Source: Hydrurus foetidus
Taxonomy: Eukaryota
NCBI GenBank assembly: GCA_900617105.1
Contig: UYFQ01000260.1
Coordinates: forward strand, 310,001 to 374,000
DNA length: 64,000 bases
Reading direction: 5' to 3'
Below the pieces are notes generated by a model, which saw only the letters and a program-made list of their open reading frames with translations, made no database searches and had not been told where the DNA came from. Positions 44,096-54,408 of this stretch are shown piece after piece; positions within the stretch are counted from its first letter, which is position 1, and each line of letters begins with the position of its first letter. Made by a program: the position numbers and the translations under genes.

Positions 44096-44864
44096 TTACG
44101 GCGCCGCCGGTTTGACCCTTGCGAACGCATAGAGCGGCAGGAACGGGCGCAGGGCCGGGCCGATCCAGACCTGGGGTTCGGAAGCGGGCTCGGCTCCGAC
44201 CTCGACCTCCTTGCGCGCCACGCAGGTCTTCACCGCTGAACCCAGGGCGACGAAGTCCCTGGCCTGCCGCGCGGACGACAGAAAGCAGTCGTCAAAGAAC
44301 GGATACTTGTCACTCTCGCCGCAACCGAACGAGGCGCGGTCGCGGCGGGCGGCGGTCAGGATCATGCGGTCGGGCTTCGAGCGCCGGAATGAACACCCCC
44401 GAGAAGCAGGCCGAGATCACCACGACGCTGGGGCGCTCGGGGCAGGCGTCCTCGATCATGGCCGCCAAAAGCTGCGGCGGCATGATCACATCGCCCAGCA
44501 GGGCGCCCTCGGGGCTGCCGTGCGAGCTGATGTAGAACAGGCAGCCGGCCCTGGCGCTCTGAGCGCTCTGCTTGAGGCTGGCATGGATCGCGCGCGCGTC
44601 CGAAGGGCCCGGTGCGATGGCGGGATAGCGGTGGGGGCGCGTCGAGAACTGTCGCACCGCAGCGGGATCGAAACCGAGGTCGGTGAGCGTCAGGGCGACA
44701 TCCCGCCGGGCATTGTCGAAGGCCTCGGTGGAGCCGCCGGAATGGGCCCGCCAGTCGCCGGCCACGACCACGGCCGACCAGCGGGAGAACGGGGCCTCGG
44801 CCCGGGCGAACGACGTCAGGCTGAGAAGGAGAACGCCGACAACAATGCCCGCCACGTTCCGCAT
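44096..44864 (-). CDS. C13-family cysteine peptidase (indel)
   Basis: Signal peptide, SSHG, ISACFSG, TAARRDRASFGC. Confidence 0.85.
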
Positions 44865-44873
44865 CGCCCGTCC

Positions 44874-45344
44874 CTATTTCTTGAACCGGGCGAACGGTGT
44901 CGGGATGGCCGTGCCGGACGCCTTGGCCAGCAGCCGGCCCTCGCCGTCATAGAGCTCGCCCTCGGTGAAACAGACGGTCTTGCCCCATTTGACCACGCGC
45001 CCCACGCCGCGCAGAGCGCCAGGGAGGGCGGGGCGCAGGAAGCTGGTCTTCATCTCAAGCGTCGGCACAACGTGGGTCATGCCCGAACTGATCATGCCGG
45101 CCACCGACATGCACTCGTCCAGCATGGCGCAGACATAGCCACCCTGGATCTGGCCCATCGGGTTGCACAGCAGGTCGGCGCGGGCTTCGAACCCCACCTC
45201 GACCTCGCGGTCGGCCTGGCGCACGGCCAGCAGCTGGAAGCCCAGGGTGCGCGAGCCCGAGGGCGCGTTCTTGGACGCGCGGAAGCGCTCGAGGATCGCC
45301 TCGTCGGTCAGAACCTGGGGTTCGTCCGCCGCGACGTCGCTCAC
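44874..45344 (-). CDS. PaaI-family thioesterase
   Basis: NPMGQIQGG...MLD, TLEMKTSFLRP. Confidence 0.9.
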   Translation of the reverse strand: MSDVAADEPQVLTDEAILERFRASKNAPSGSRTLGFQLLAVRQADREVEVGFEARADLLCNPMGQIQGGYVCAMLDECMSVAGMISSGMTHVVPTLEMKTSFLRPALPGALRGVGRVVKWGKTVCFTEGELYDGEGRLLAKASGTAIPTPFARFKK

Positions 45345-45347
45345 CCG

Positions 45348-45830
45348 CTACTTCTTCCGGAACTGGTCGAGGGAGATGATCTTGGGCGCGTCATCGCCGC
45401 CGCCTTCGGTGGGGGCTTCCGGCTCCGGCTCGACGGTGGGTTCCGGCGGAACGACCTCGGGGGCCTCGAACTGCAGGGCGAACTGCACCGACGGATCGTA
45501 GAAGCGGGTCACGGCCGCATAGGGCACCGACAGGCGCTTGGGCTGGCCGCCGAACTTCAGGGTGACCGAGAAGAAGGTCTCGCCCGGCGCCAGGTCCCAG
45601 TACTGGTGCTGCAGGATGATGGTCATCTCGTCAGGATACTTGCCCAGCAGGTCCTGCGGACCCGACACGCCGGCCGCCTGGGTCTTGAAGGTGATGTACA
45701 GATGATGCGGTTCGGGCAGGCCGCCAGGAGCCGCCGCCTTCCTCAGGGCCGCCTTCACGACGCCGCGCAGGGCGTCCTGGGCCATGGCCTCGTATTGCAT
45801 AAGGTCTTCAGGCGGGTTGGTGGGGGCCAT
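45348..45830 (-). CDS. sspB: ClpXP adaptor SspB (alphaproteobacterial)
   Basis: HHLYITFKT, YPDEMTIILQHQYWDL, C-terminal KIISLDQFRKK; directly downstream of ssrA. Confidence 0.95.
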   Translation of the reverse strand: MAPTNPPEDLMQYEAMAQDALRGVVKAALRKAAAPGGLPEPHHLYITFKTQAAGVSGPQDLLGKYPDEMTIILQHQYWDLAPGETFFSVTLKFGGQPKRLSVPYAAVTRFYDPSVQFALQFEAPEVVPPEPTVEPEPEAPTEGGGDDAPKIISLDQFRKK

Positions 45831-45979
45831 GCGGTCCGTCAAGAAACTGGGGAACTGATAAAGAGTATCAGCCTAGCGCGTCACGCCCTCGCGGCAAAGG
45901 TGCGGGAACCCTCTGTGGGACCACAAATTTCAAGGATGGTTAAGACGCGCGCTTCTGTCGCGCCTCCACGTCTGAAAAA

Positions 45980-46081
45980 TGGAGGGATTCTGTTGGCAGG
46001 CTCCCCCATTCCTTCTCGAAAGAGAGGAGGGAGCCTCGGCTGCCACTTGTGAAAGTGGAGGGATTCTGTTGGCAGGCTCCC
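45980..46081. repeat. 26-bp exact direct repeat of the tmRNA coding-piece 3' end
   Basis: TGGAGGGATTCTGTTGGCAGGCTCCC at 45980-46005 and 46056-46081. Confidence 0.9.
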
Positions 46082-46380
46082 TCCGGGCCCCGCCTAAGGA
46101 TCTGAACCCCTAGGACTTAAGGCGCGAATTCACTAGCACCGCATTACGCGGCGATAGCGAACTCTTCAGCGAAGTTATCGTTCGCAGTTAGTTTAGCGGC
46201 CCGATACGGTGAGCCACGCCGAGAGAAAGCATTACACCTTTACACGTCTGTCGATGCTGATCGGCCCCATGCAGTCCCGTGATAACTCGGGAGAGATTGG
46301 TGGAGCCGCCGGGAATCGCACCCGGGTCCAGTCCGCTTATTACGTGCGCGTTTATCCCCATAGTCCGGCCGAGACCGGAC
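46055..46380 (-). ncRNA. ssrA: Permuted two-piece tmRNA: acceptor ~46380-46298, intervening segment 46297-46269, coding piece 46268-~46055
   Basis: T-arm/acceptor ending CUCCACCA, then GGGGCCGA 5' stem; tag ORF 46185-46144 = ANDNFAEEFAIAA*; -10 TATATT at 46392-46387. Confidence 0.97.
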
Positions 46381-46421
46381 AATCTCAATATAGGCGGTCG
46401 GGGGCTGCGAGGAAGGGCGGG

Positions 46422-46976
46422 CTACATTCCCTCGAAGCCGCGCTCGATCGACAGCACCCCGGTGCGGGAAAGTTCGACCAGGCCCAGCGGGCGCATCAGG
46501 TCCAGGAACTTGTCGATCTTGGACGGGGCGCCCGAAATCTCGAACACGAAGCTCTCCAGGGTGGTGTCCACCGGCTTGGCGCGGAAGATGTCGGCGATGC
46601 GCAGGGCCTCGACCCGGTCGGCGCCCGAGCCGCGCACCTTGACCAGGGCCAGCTCGCGCTCGACGCCATTGGGATCGCGGGTCACGTCGTGGACGCGGCG
46701 GACATTGACCACCTTGTGAAGCTGGGCTTCGATCTGGTCCAGGGTGTGGCGCGTGCCTCGGGTGACCACGGTGATGCGGCTGGTGTGAGCCTTGTGATCG
46801 GTCTCGGCGACCGTCAGGCTTTCGATGTTGTAGCCGCGCGCGGCGAACAGCCCGACCACGCGGTGCAGCACGCCCGGCTCGTTATCCACCAGCAGGGCGA
46901 AGGTCGCCGTCTGCTCGGCCTGGGCTGCAGTGGGCATGTCGTAGGCGGATCCGGAGGCGGCGGGAGCGTTGGGCAT
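46422..46976 (-). CDS. ilvH: Acetolactate synthase small subunit
   Basis: VDNEPGVLHRVVGLFAARGYNIESL, ERELALVKV. Confidence 0.95.
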   Translation of the reverse strand: MPNAPAASGSAYDMPTAAQAEQTATFALLVDNEPGVLHRVVGLFAARGYNIESLTVAETDHKAHTSRITVVTRGTRHTLDQIEAQLHKVVNVRRVHDVTRDPNGVERELALVKVRGSGADRVEALRIADIFRAKPVDTTLESFVFEISGAPSKIDKFLDLMRPLGLVELSRTGVLSIERGFEGM

Positions 46977-47020
46977 GGGATCGTTTCTAAGCAAAGAGGA
47001 ACCGAAGGGCGAGGGGCGGT

Positions 47021-48273
47021 CTAAACCAGTCCCGCTCCAGCCGCGCCGATGACGTTGCCGATGTCCTCGACGTCGCCCATGATCATCTCGTTGTGGGCCT
47101 TGCCCGAGGGGATCATCGGCAGACAGTTTTCGTGCTTCTCGACACGGCAGTCAAAGACCACGACCTTGTCGCTGTTGATCATCTCCAGGATCTTTTCGTC
47201 CAGCTCGGCCGGGTCGCTGCAACGGATGCCGACCGCGCCATAGGCCTCGGCCAGCTTCACGAAGTCGGGCAGGCTGTCGGAATAGGAGTGGCTGTAGCGC
47301 TCGCCGTGCAGCAGCTGCTGCCACTGCCGGACCATGCCCATCCACTCATTGTTGATGATGAAGATCTTGACCGGCAGGTTGAACTGGATCGCGGTCGACA
47401 GTTCCTGGATGCACATCTGGATCGAGGCTTCGCCGGCGATGTCGATGACCAGGGCGCCGGGGTGAGCCATCTGCACGCCGACGGCGGCGGGCGGGCCATA
47501 GCCCATGGTTCCCAGGCCGCCGGAGGTCATCCAGCGATTGGGCTCCTCGAAGCGATAGAACTGCGCGGCCCACATCTGGTGCTGGCCGACCTCGGTGGTG
47601 ATGTAGGTGTCGCGACCCTTGGTCAGCTCGTACAGGCGCTCGATGGCGTACTGCGGCTTGATGGTGGTTTCCGAGCCACGATACTTCAGGCACTGGCGAG
47701 CGCGCCACGCATCGATCTGGGCCCACCAGTCGCCCAGCGCAGGCTTGTTTGGCTGGTGGCCAGCCGCCTTCCACGCCGCGATCAGGTCTTCCAGGATGCT
47801 GGCGGCGTCACCGATGATCGGCAGGTCGACGCGGACGTTCTTGTTGATCGACGATGGGTCGATATCGATGTGGATCTTCTTGCTGCCCGGCGAAGGCGTC
47901 CGATCGACCCGTCGCGGTCGTCGAAGCGGGCGCCGACGCAGATCATCACGTCGCAATCGTGCATGGCGTTATTGGTTTCGAGGTGCCGTGCATGCCCAGC
48001 ATGCCCAGCCAGGCCGGATCGGCGGCCGGGAAGCAATCCCATCAGGGTCGAGGTGACCGGCGCGCCGGTCAGGGCCTGAAACTCGCGCAGCAGTGCGCTG
48101 GCCTGGGGGCCGGCATTGATGACACCGCCACCGGTATAGAAGATCGGCCGGCGGGCCTGGGCGATCAGTTTCGCGGCCTCGGCGATGCGGCCGACCTCAC
48201 CCTTGGTCTTGGGATTGTAGGCGTGGGTCGAGGCGACCTCGTTGGGGCCGTAATATTCGCCCATGGCGAACTG

Positions 48274-48308
<35 letters not shown>

Positions 48309-48803
48309 GCGGCCCGTGGTGGCGATCTTGAAGGCCTCATGGATGATCTTCGGCAGGTCGCGGACGTCTTTGACCAGATAGTTGTGCTTGGTGCACGAGC
48401 GGGTCATGCCGACGGTGTCGGCTTCCTGGAAGGCGTCAGTGCCGATCAGGTGGGTGGGCACCTGGCCGGTGATGACGACCATCGGGATGGAGTCCATCAG
48501 GGCGTCCATGATGCCAGTGATGGCGTTATCGCGCCCGGGCCCGAGGTGACCAGGACCGCCCGGCACTTGAGCTGCGCGCGCATAGCCTTCGGCGGCATGG
48601 GTCGCGCCTGCTCGTGACGGACCAGGATGTGCTGCAGGCGCGGCTCGTGGAACAGCGCGTCATAGATCGGCAGCACGGCCGCGGATAGCCGAACAGCACT
48701 TCGACGCCCTGGTCAGGCCGCGAACCACGATCTCGGCGCCGGTCATGGCGCGGTCGATGGTTTCGCTGGGAGCCTGGCTCTCGATGGTCTGGTGGGCGGT
48801 CAT
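47021..48803 (-). CDS. ilvI: Acetolactate synthase large subunit (many indels)
   Basis: [53 protein letters not shown]. Confidence 0.95.
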
Positions 48804-48840
48804 GGCGGTGGTCCGTAGGGGGTGCGGGAAGGGGGCTGAA

Positions 48841-48866
48841 AAGAAAAAAGGTCCCGAAGGACCTTT
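48841..48866 (-). terminator. Attenuator terminator of ilvIH
   Basis: AAAGGUCC-UUCG-GGACCUUU followed by a U tract on the minus strand. Confidence 0.85.
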
Positions 48867-48900
48867 GCGCGCGCGACTGAACTACGACGTGACTTCAAGG

Positions 48901-48948
48901 TCACATCGCGGACAGCCGCTCCATAAGTACGATCATGGTTTTGCGCAC
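48901..48948 (-). CDS. ilvIH leader peptide MRKTMIVLMERLSAM
   Basis: GGAG SD, GTG start, Ile-Val-Leu codons ATC GTA CTT, followed by hairpin and terminator. Confidence 0.75.
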   Translation of the reverse strand: MRKTMIVLMERLSAM

Positions 48949-49040
48949 GAGTCTTGCTCCAAAGCTACGGAAAGGGTGATGCCATGCGCGAAAGGGCGTC
49001 AAGGCGGGTTTGAAGGCATGGATGTGCCTTATTGTCCCAT

Positions 49041-49529
49041 TCACTCGTCCAGAGTGTCGAGCAGCAACGTCAGCGCGGCGACCGCGAAGGCCTGCATGTT
49101 GGCGGGACGGTCGTTGACGCCGGTTTCCAGGGTGGCGCTGACCGACACCTCTTCGCCGACCACGGCCGTGCAGGTGTGGCCGGGCAGGTCGCCATAGCGG
49201 TTGCCGTCCGGCCCGGCCGCGCCGGTTTCCGACAGGCCCCAGGTCGCCTTCAGGTTCTTGCGCGCCACCCGGGCCAGCATCACGGCATAGGGTTCGCTGG
49301 CGGAGCGAAGGCCGTCCATGGCCTTTTGCGGGATGTCCATCAGGGTCAGCCGGGCCCGGGCCGTATAGACGACCGCCCCGCCGACATAGAACTTCGAAGC
49401 GCCCGGCACAGCCAGCAGGGCCGCCGAGATCAGGCCGCCCGAAGAGGACTCGGCGATGGCGAGGGTCTCGCCGCGCGCGGTCAGGCGCTCTGCGACGCGT
49501 TCGGCGAGGGCGTTGAGGTCGGACATCAT
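49041..49529 (-). CDS. CinA C-terminal/PncC-like protein
   Basis: AESSSGGLIS, VPGAS..Y.GG.VVY, ETGAAGP. Confidence 0.88.
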   Translation of the reverse strand: MMSDLNALAERVAERLTARGETLAIAESSSGGLISAALLAVPGASKFYVGGAVVYTARARLTLMDIPQKAMDGLRSASEPYAVMLARVARKNLKATWGLSETGAAGPDGNRYGDLPGHTCTAVVGEEVSVSATLETGVNDRPANMQAFAVAALTLLLDTLDE

Positions 49530-49557
49530 GGCTTCCTTGTGATCGGACGAAAGCGGG

Positions 49558-50437
49558 TCAAACCCGCTCCCAATCCGGCGTCTGGTTCCTGAACCAGGTC
49601 AGCTGGCGCTGGCGTAGCGGCGGGTTTCCTGGCGAAAGGCGGCGTCGAGGGCCTGATCCAGAGCAGTCTCGCCGCGCAGGTGGGCCGCCAGTTCGCGGTA
49701 GCCCAGGGCTGAGGGCGGGCAGGGCGGGGCTGAGACGGCGGGCTTCCATGGCCGCCACTTCCTCCAGGGCGCCGTTCTGCACCATCACGCCAAGGCGGGC
49801 GTCGCAGCGGGCATAGAGGTCGGCGCGCGGCGGATCCAGGACCAGACCCTTCCAGCTGCCCGGCGCCAGCGAGGGGCGGGTGTCGTTCTGCCAGGCGGTC
49901 AGGGACCGGCCTGTGGCCACGGCGACGGCGTGGGCGCGCAGCAGGCGCTGGCGGTCGCCGATCTCGATGCGGGCGGCGGCCTCGGGATCGAGCTTGGCGA
50001 GGTCTTCGCGAAACTCATGTTCGCCCTGGGCTTCATACAGCAGGCCGGAAATCTCGCGCTGGGTCTCCGACACCGCGGCGTCGGCCAGGCCATGGGTCAG
50101 GGAGCGCGGAAATAGAGGCCGGTGCCGCCGACCACGACGACCGGCTTGCCGCGATGGTCGATGTCGCGCAGGGCGACCATGGCGCTTCCAGCCATTTGCC
50201 GACCGACCAGGTTTCAGCGGCGTCAACCGTGCCGAACAGGTGATGCGGGACAGCCGCCATCTCGTCAGGCGAGGGACCGGCGGTCAGGACGCGCAGGTCG
50301 GCATAGATCTGCATGGAGTCGGCATTGACGATCTCGCCGCCGATTTCCTGGGCCAGACGCAGGGCGTAGGCCGACTTGCCGCTTGCGGTCGGGCCGGCGA
50401 TCAGCCAGATGCGAGGCGCAATGTCCAAGCTCTCCAT
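49558..50437 (-). CDS. miaA: tRNA dimethylallyltransferase (indels)
   Basis: [33 protein letters not shown]. Confidence 0.93.
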
Positions 50438-51294
50438 GATCCCGACTGTCCTCACCGTGGTGGGCGCTGATCCCGCCGCTTACGCTCAAGCCGTGTCGCG
50501 CGTCGAGGCGGCGCTGTCCAGCCGTCCTGCGCCTCTGGGAGCCCTGGCCGCCGACTTCTTGCTTGATGGCGCCGCCGTCGCGCCGCTCCAGGCGCTGCTC
50601 GCCGACCTGCCGGTCGATTTCGCGATCCAGCCGGTCGAGAACCGCAGGAAGCGTCTGCTGATCGCCGACATGGACTCGACCATCATCAACGTTGAGTGCC
50701 TGGACGAGCTGGCCGACTTCGCCGGCGTAAAGGCCCAGGTCTCGGAGATCACCGAACGGGCCATGCGCGGCGAGCTGGCCTTCGAGGGCGCCCTGCGCGA
50801 GCGGGTCGGCATGCTGACCGGCCTGTCGGTCGACGCCCTGCAGTCCTGCTACGACGATCGCGTGCGACTCAATCCGGGCGCCGAGACCCTGGTGCGGACC
50901 ATGGCGGCCCACGGCGCGCGCTGCGCCCTGGTCTCGGGCGGCTTCACCTTCTTCACCACCCGCGTGGCGCAGGCGGCCGGCTTCCACCTGAACCGCGCCA
51001 ACACCCTGATCGAAGAGGGCGGCAAACTGACCGGCCAGGTGGGCGATCCGATCCTGGGCAAGGAGGCCAAGCTGGCCGCCCTGATCGAGACGACGGCGCT
51101 GGGTCTGACCCCAGCAGACGCCCTGGCGTCGGCGACGGCGCCAACGACCTGGCGATGATCGAGGCCGCCGGCCTTGGGGTCGCCTATCGCGCCAAGCCCA
51201 TCGTCGCGGCCCAGGCCCACGCCAGGTCGATCACGCCGACCTCACCGCCTTGCTCTACTTCCAGGGCTACAAGACTTCGGAGTTCGCCGCATGA
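50436..51294 (+). CDS. serB: Phosphoserine phosphatase (indels; alternative start 50421)
   Basis: [36 protein letters not shown]. Confidence 0.93.
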
Positions 51295-51953
51295 GCTTCC
51301 CGCGCCGCGTCGAGGCGGTGATCTTCGACATGGACGGGCTGCTGCTGGACACCGAGATCGTCTATCGCGCCGCCATGATCGAGGCCGGCTCGGTGTTCGG
51401 CGTCGTCTTCACCGGCGAGATCTATGCGTCGATGGTGGGCAAGACCAATCCCGAGAGCGCGATCCTGCTGCGCGAACTGTATGGCGAGGATTTTCCGATC
51501 CAGGCCTATTTTGAGCGCGTCTGGGCCGACGTCGAGGACCTGCTGGAAGCCGAAACCAAGCTGAAGGCCGGGGTGATCGAGATCCTCGACCATCTGGATG
51601 ATCTGGGCCTGCCCTGCGCGATCGCCACCTCCAACGGCATGGTGTCGGTCGAAAAGTATCTGGGGCGCTTTGACCTGCTGAGCCGGTTCAACGCCGTGGT
51701 CGCCAACGCCGACGTCGTGCGCCACAAGCCGCATCCCGATCCCTATCTGGAAGCCGCCCGCCGCCTGGGCGTCGATCCCGCCCACTGCCTGGCGCTGGAG
51801 GATTCCCATCCCGGCGTCCGCGCCGCCCATGCGGCCGGCATGATGACGGTGATGGTGCCTGACATCCTCGATCCCAATGAGGAGATGCACGACAAGTGCG
51901 TCCACATCGCCGACAGCCTGCACGTGGTGCTGGACCTGCTGAAGGCAATGTAA
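51291..51953 (+). CDS. HAD-family phosphatase
   Basis: FDMDGLLLDTE, KPHPDPYL, LEDS. Confidence 0.92.
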   Translation: MSFPRRVEAVIFDMDGLLLDTEIVYRAAMIEAGSVFGVVFTGEIYASMVGKTNPESAILLRELYGEDFPIQAYFERVWADVEDLLEAETKLKAGVIEILDHLDDLGLPCAIATSNGMVSVEKYLGRFDLLSRFNAVVANADVVRHKPHPDPYLEAARRLGVDPAHCLALEDSHPGVRAAHAAGMMTVMVPDILDPNEEMHDKCVHIADSLHVVLDLLKAM

Positions 51954-51955
51954 GC

Positions 51956-52055
51956 TGTCATCCCGGCCAAGCGCGAAGCGCGCCGAGCCGGGACCGCCGG
52001 AAGCGCTGAGCCTGCCGCGGTCCCGGGTCTTCGCTGCGCTACGCCCGGGATGACA
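51956..52055. repeat. GTCATCCC-type palindromic element, copy 2
   Basis: TGTCATCCCGG...CCGGGATGACA; shares GGGACCGCCGGAAGCGCTGAG with copy 1. Confidence 0.85.
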
Positions 52056-52057
52056 CG

Positions 52058-54399
52058 CTATTCGAGCCTGCTTGAGCGCGTCCGTCTCGACTTCCGCCGG
52101 CAGTTCAATCGACCAGCCGCCCAGGAACGCGGTCAGCGCCTCCAGCCCCATAGGCCTGGCGATGTGATAGCCCTGCGCCAGATCGCAGCCCATCAGTTGC
52201 AGGACGGCCAGGGCTTCGCGGGTCTCGACGCCCTCGGCGGTGACCTTCATGCCCAGGCTGTGCGCCAGGTCGATGGTCGACTTGACCAGCAGGGCGTCCT
52301 TGCCGCCGGCCTGCAGTGACAGCACGAAGGCCTTGTCGATCTTCAGCTCCTCGGCGCGGATCTGCTTCAGATAGGCCAGGGACGACAGGCCCGAGCCATA
52401 GTCGTCGATCGAGACGGGGATGCCGGAGGCCTCAAGGCGTTCCAGCACGCCCAGCGCCACGTCCGGATTGCCGATGACGGCCGTTTCGGTGATCTCGAAA
52501 CAGACGCGGGCGGCTTCGCGGGTGACCTGCTCGATGGCGCGATCGGCGAAGTCGGCGTCGTCGATCAGGCGGCCAGAGACGTTGACCGACATCAGGACGT
52601 CGTGGCCGGCTGCGCGCAGCGCCTTCTGGTCAGCGATGGCCTGGGTCAGCACGAAGTCGGTCAGGGCGCGGATGTGGCCGGTTTCCTCGGCCATTTCCAC
52701 AAACAGGTCCGGACGCATCATGCCGCGCGACGGATGGTTCCAGCGCACAAGGGCCTCGACGCCGGTGATCTTGCCCGAACGAAGATCCAGCTTGGGCTGA
52801 TGATTGAGGAAAAGAGCGCCAGTGGCGACGCCCTCCAGCATGTCGCTCATCAGCGACAGGTTGCCGGCCGGATCGCCATAGGCGACCGGGTCAAACAGCA
52901 TGACCTTGCGATGGGCGGCGCGGCCCTGGTCCAGGGCGATCAGCGCCTGCTCAATGAGCCTGGGCGCATCCAGTGCGCCCGCAGTGGTGGCGGCCAGGCC
53001 GTGGGTCAGGTTCACATCGACCAGTTCGCCGCCGACGCGGATCGGCTTGTCGAGCGCCTTCGCCTCGACCTCGATCAGTGGCGTCAGGGCGGCCAGGTCG
53101 GTGAGGCTGGAGACGACGCACAGGGTCGAGGTGGTCAGGCGGCCGACCAGCAGGCCCGGCGCGATGGCCATGATCCGCTCGCCCAGTTCGGCGATCAGCT
53201 GGGTCGCCAGCGCATAGCCGATGGCGCCGCGCACGAAGGTGAAGCGGTCCAGGCCCACGGCGCTGATGATGACCTGCTCGCCCTCGGCCGCGTTGGCCAG
53301 ACGGGCAGTGATCTCGCGCTCGAGGGCGCGACGGTTGGGCAGGCCGGTTTCCTCGTCGTGCAGGGCCTGGTGGATCATCCTGGCTTCGCGGTCGCGGATT
53401 TCCGTCGCCATCAGATTGAAGCTGTCGGCCAGGCGGCCGATTTCGTCCTGGGTCTGGACCTCAACGCGGACATCTTCGCCGCGCTGCAGGCGGCGGGCGG
53501 CGTCGTCGAGGGCGGTGATGGGGCGGGCCAGGCCGCGCGACAGGGCCCAGCTGGCGACGACCACCAGGGCCGCGCCAATCAGTCCAGCGATGATCACGGC
53601 GGCGAACAGGGGGCGATAGGCGCCATGGCCTTGGCCATGGGATAGCGCAGGACCAGCGCTGCGGCGCCGTCCTGGCCCAGGGCCTTCAGCGGCTTGACCA
53701 GAATGAGGTCGTTCTGCCCGCCGGTCTTCAGCAGGCTGGGCTCGGCGATCCTGTCGCGCAGGGCTGTCTCGACATAGGCGCCGACCCGCGTTGAGTCTAA
53801 GTCGGCGTCGTCGGTGACCCAGCCTTCGCCGCGCCGGTCAAAGACCTGGGCGTCCAGCTCGATGGCCGACAGATGCTCAAGGGCCCGCATTTCCTGGTTG
53901 TCCAGCTTGGCGGCGAAGACGATCCAGCCGGTCAGGGTCGGGGCCAGGATCGGCGCCGAAATGACCTGATAGGGCGCGCCATTGACCAAGAACACGCCTT
54001 TGGGCGCGGTCTCCGGCGTCAAGCGCCGTCCACAGTTCTCGATATCCAGCTGGGCGGGATCCAGCCCCACCATCGCCATCGACCCCGACGATGAAGGCCA
54101 GGTCCAGGCCCATGGCGAAGATTGGTGATGGCGGACTCGACGGTCGGAACATCATGGGTGGCCACGGCCGCCCGGAAACCGAAGTCGCGAGCCAGCAGGT
54201 CGGCGCCGTCCCGCAGGCGCTGGGTACGCAGCGCCCAGACCCTGTCGAAGACCGTGCCGCTGGCCGACAGTTCCTTGCGAACCGCCTGCTGGGCGTTTCC
54301 GGCGATCGCCAGATAGACGGTCACCGCGACAAGGCTCAGCACCAGGGCGAACAGCCCGGCATAGAGCACCGTCAGCTTGGTCTGGAGGCGATTGAACAC
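52058..54399 (-). CDS. Membrane Cache-like/HAMP/degenerate GGDEF/EAL phosphodiesterase (indels; 3' end approximate)
   Basis: TM-sensor-TM, HAMP DEIGRLADSFN, GLPNR, GGDEF site replaced by TTSTL, intact EAL/EITE/DDYGSG/KID/EGVE/QGY. Confidence 0.88.
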
Positions 54400-54408
54400 G
54401 GCGGTCCT

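Noticed and set aside
45980..46081. CRISPR array or prophage att site
   Set aside because: Only two repeat units, identical to the tmRNA 3' end; no cas or integrase genes; not the acceptor-arm sequence that integrases usually duplicate.
46298..46340. tRNA gene
   Set aside because: It is the acceptor piece of the permuted tmRNA and has no anticodon arm.
51267..52057. Long C-terminal extension of the EAL protein through the repeat and HAD gene
   Set aside because: It runs through a palindromic repeat and antisense to a real gene, so it is probably a lost stop from an indel.
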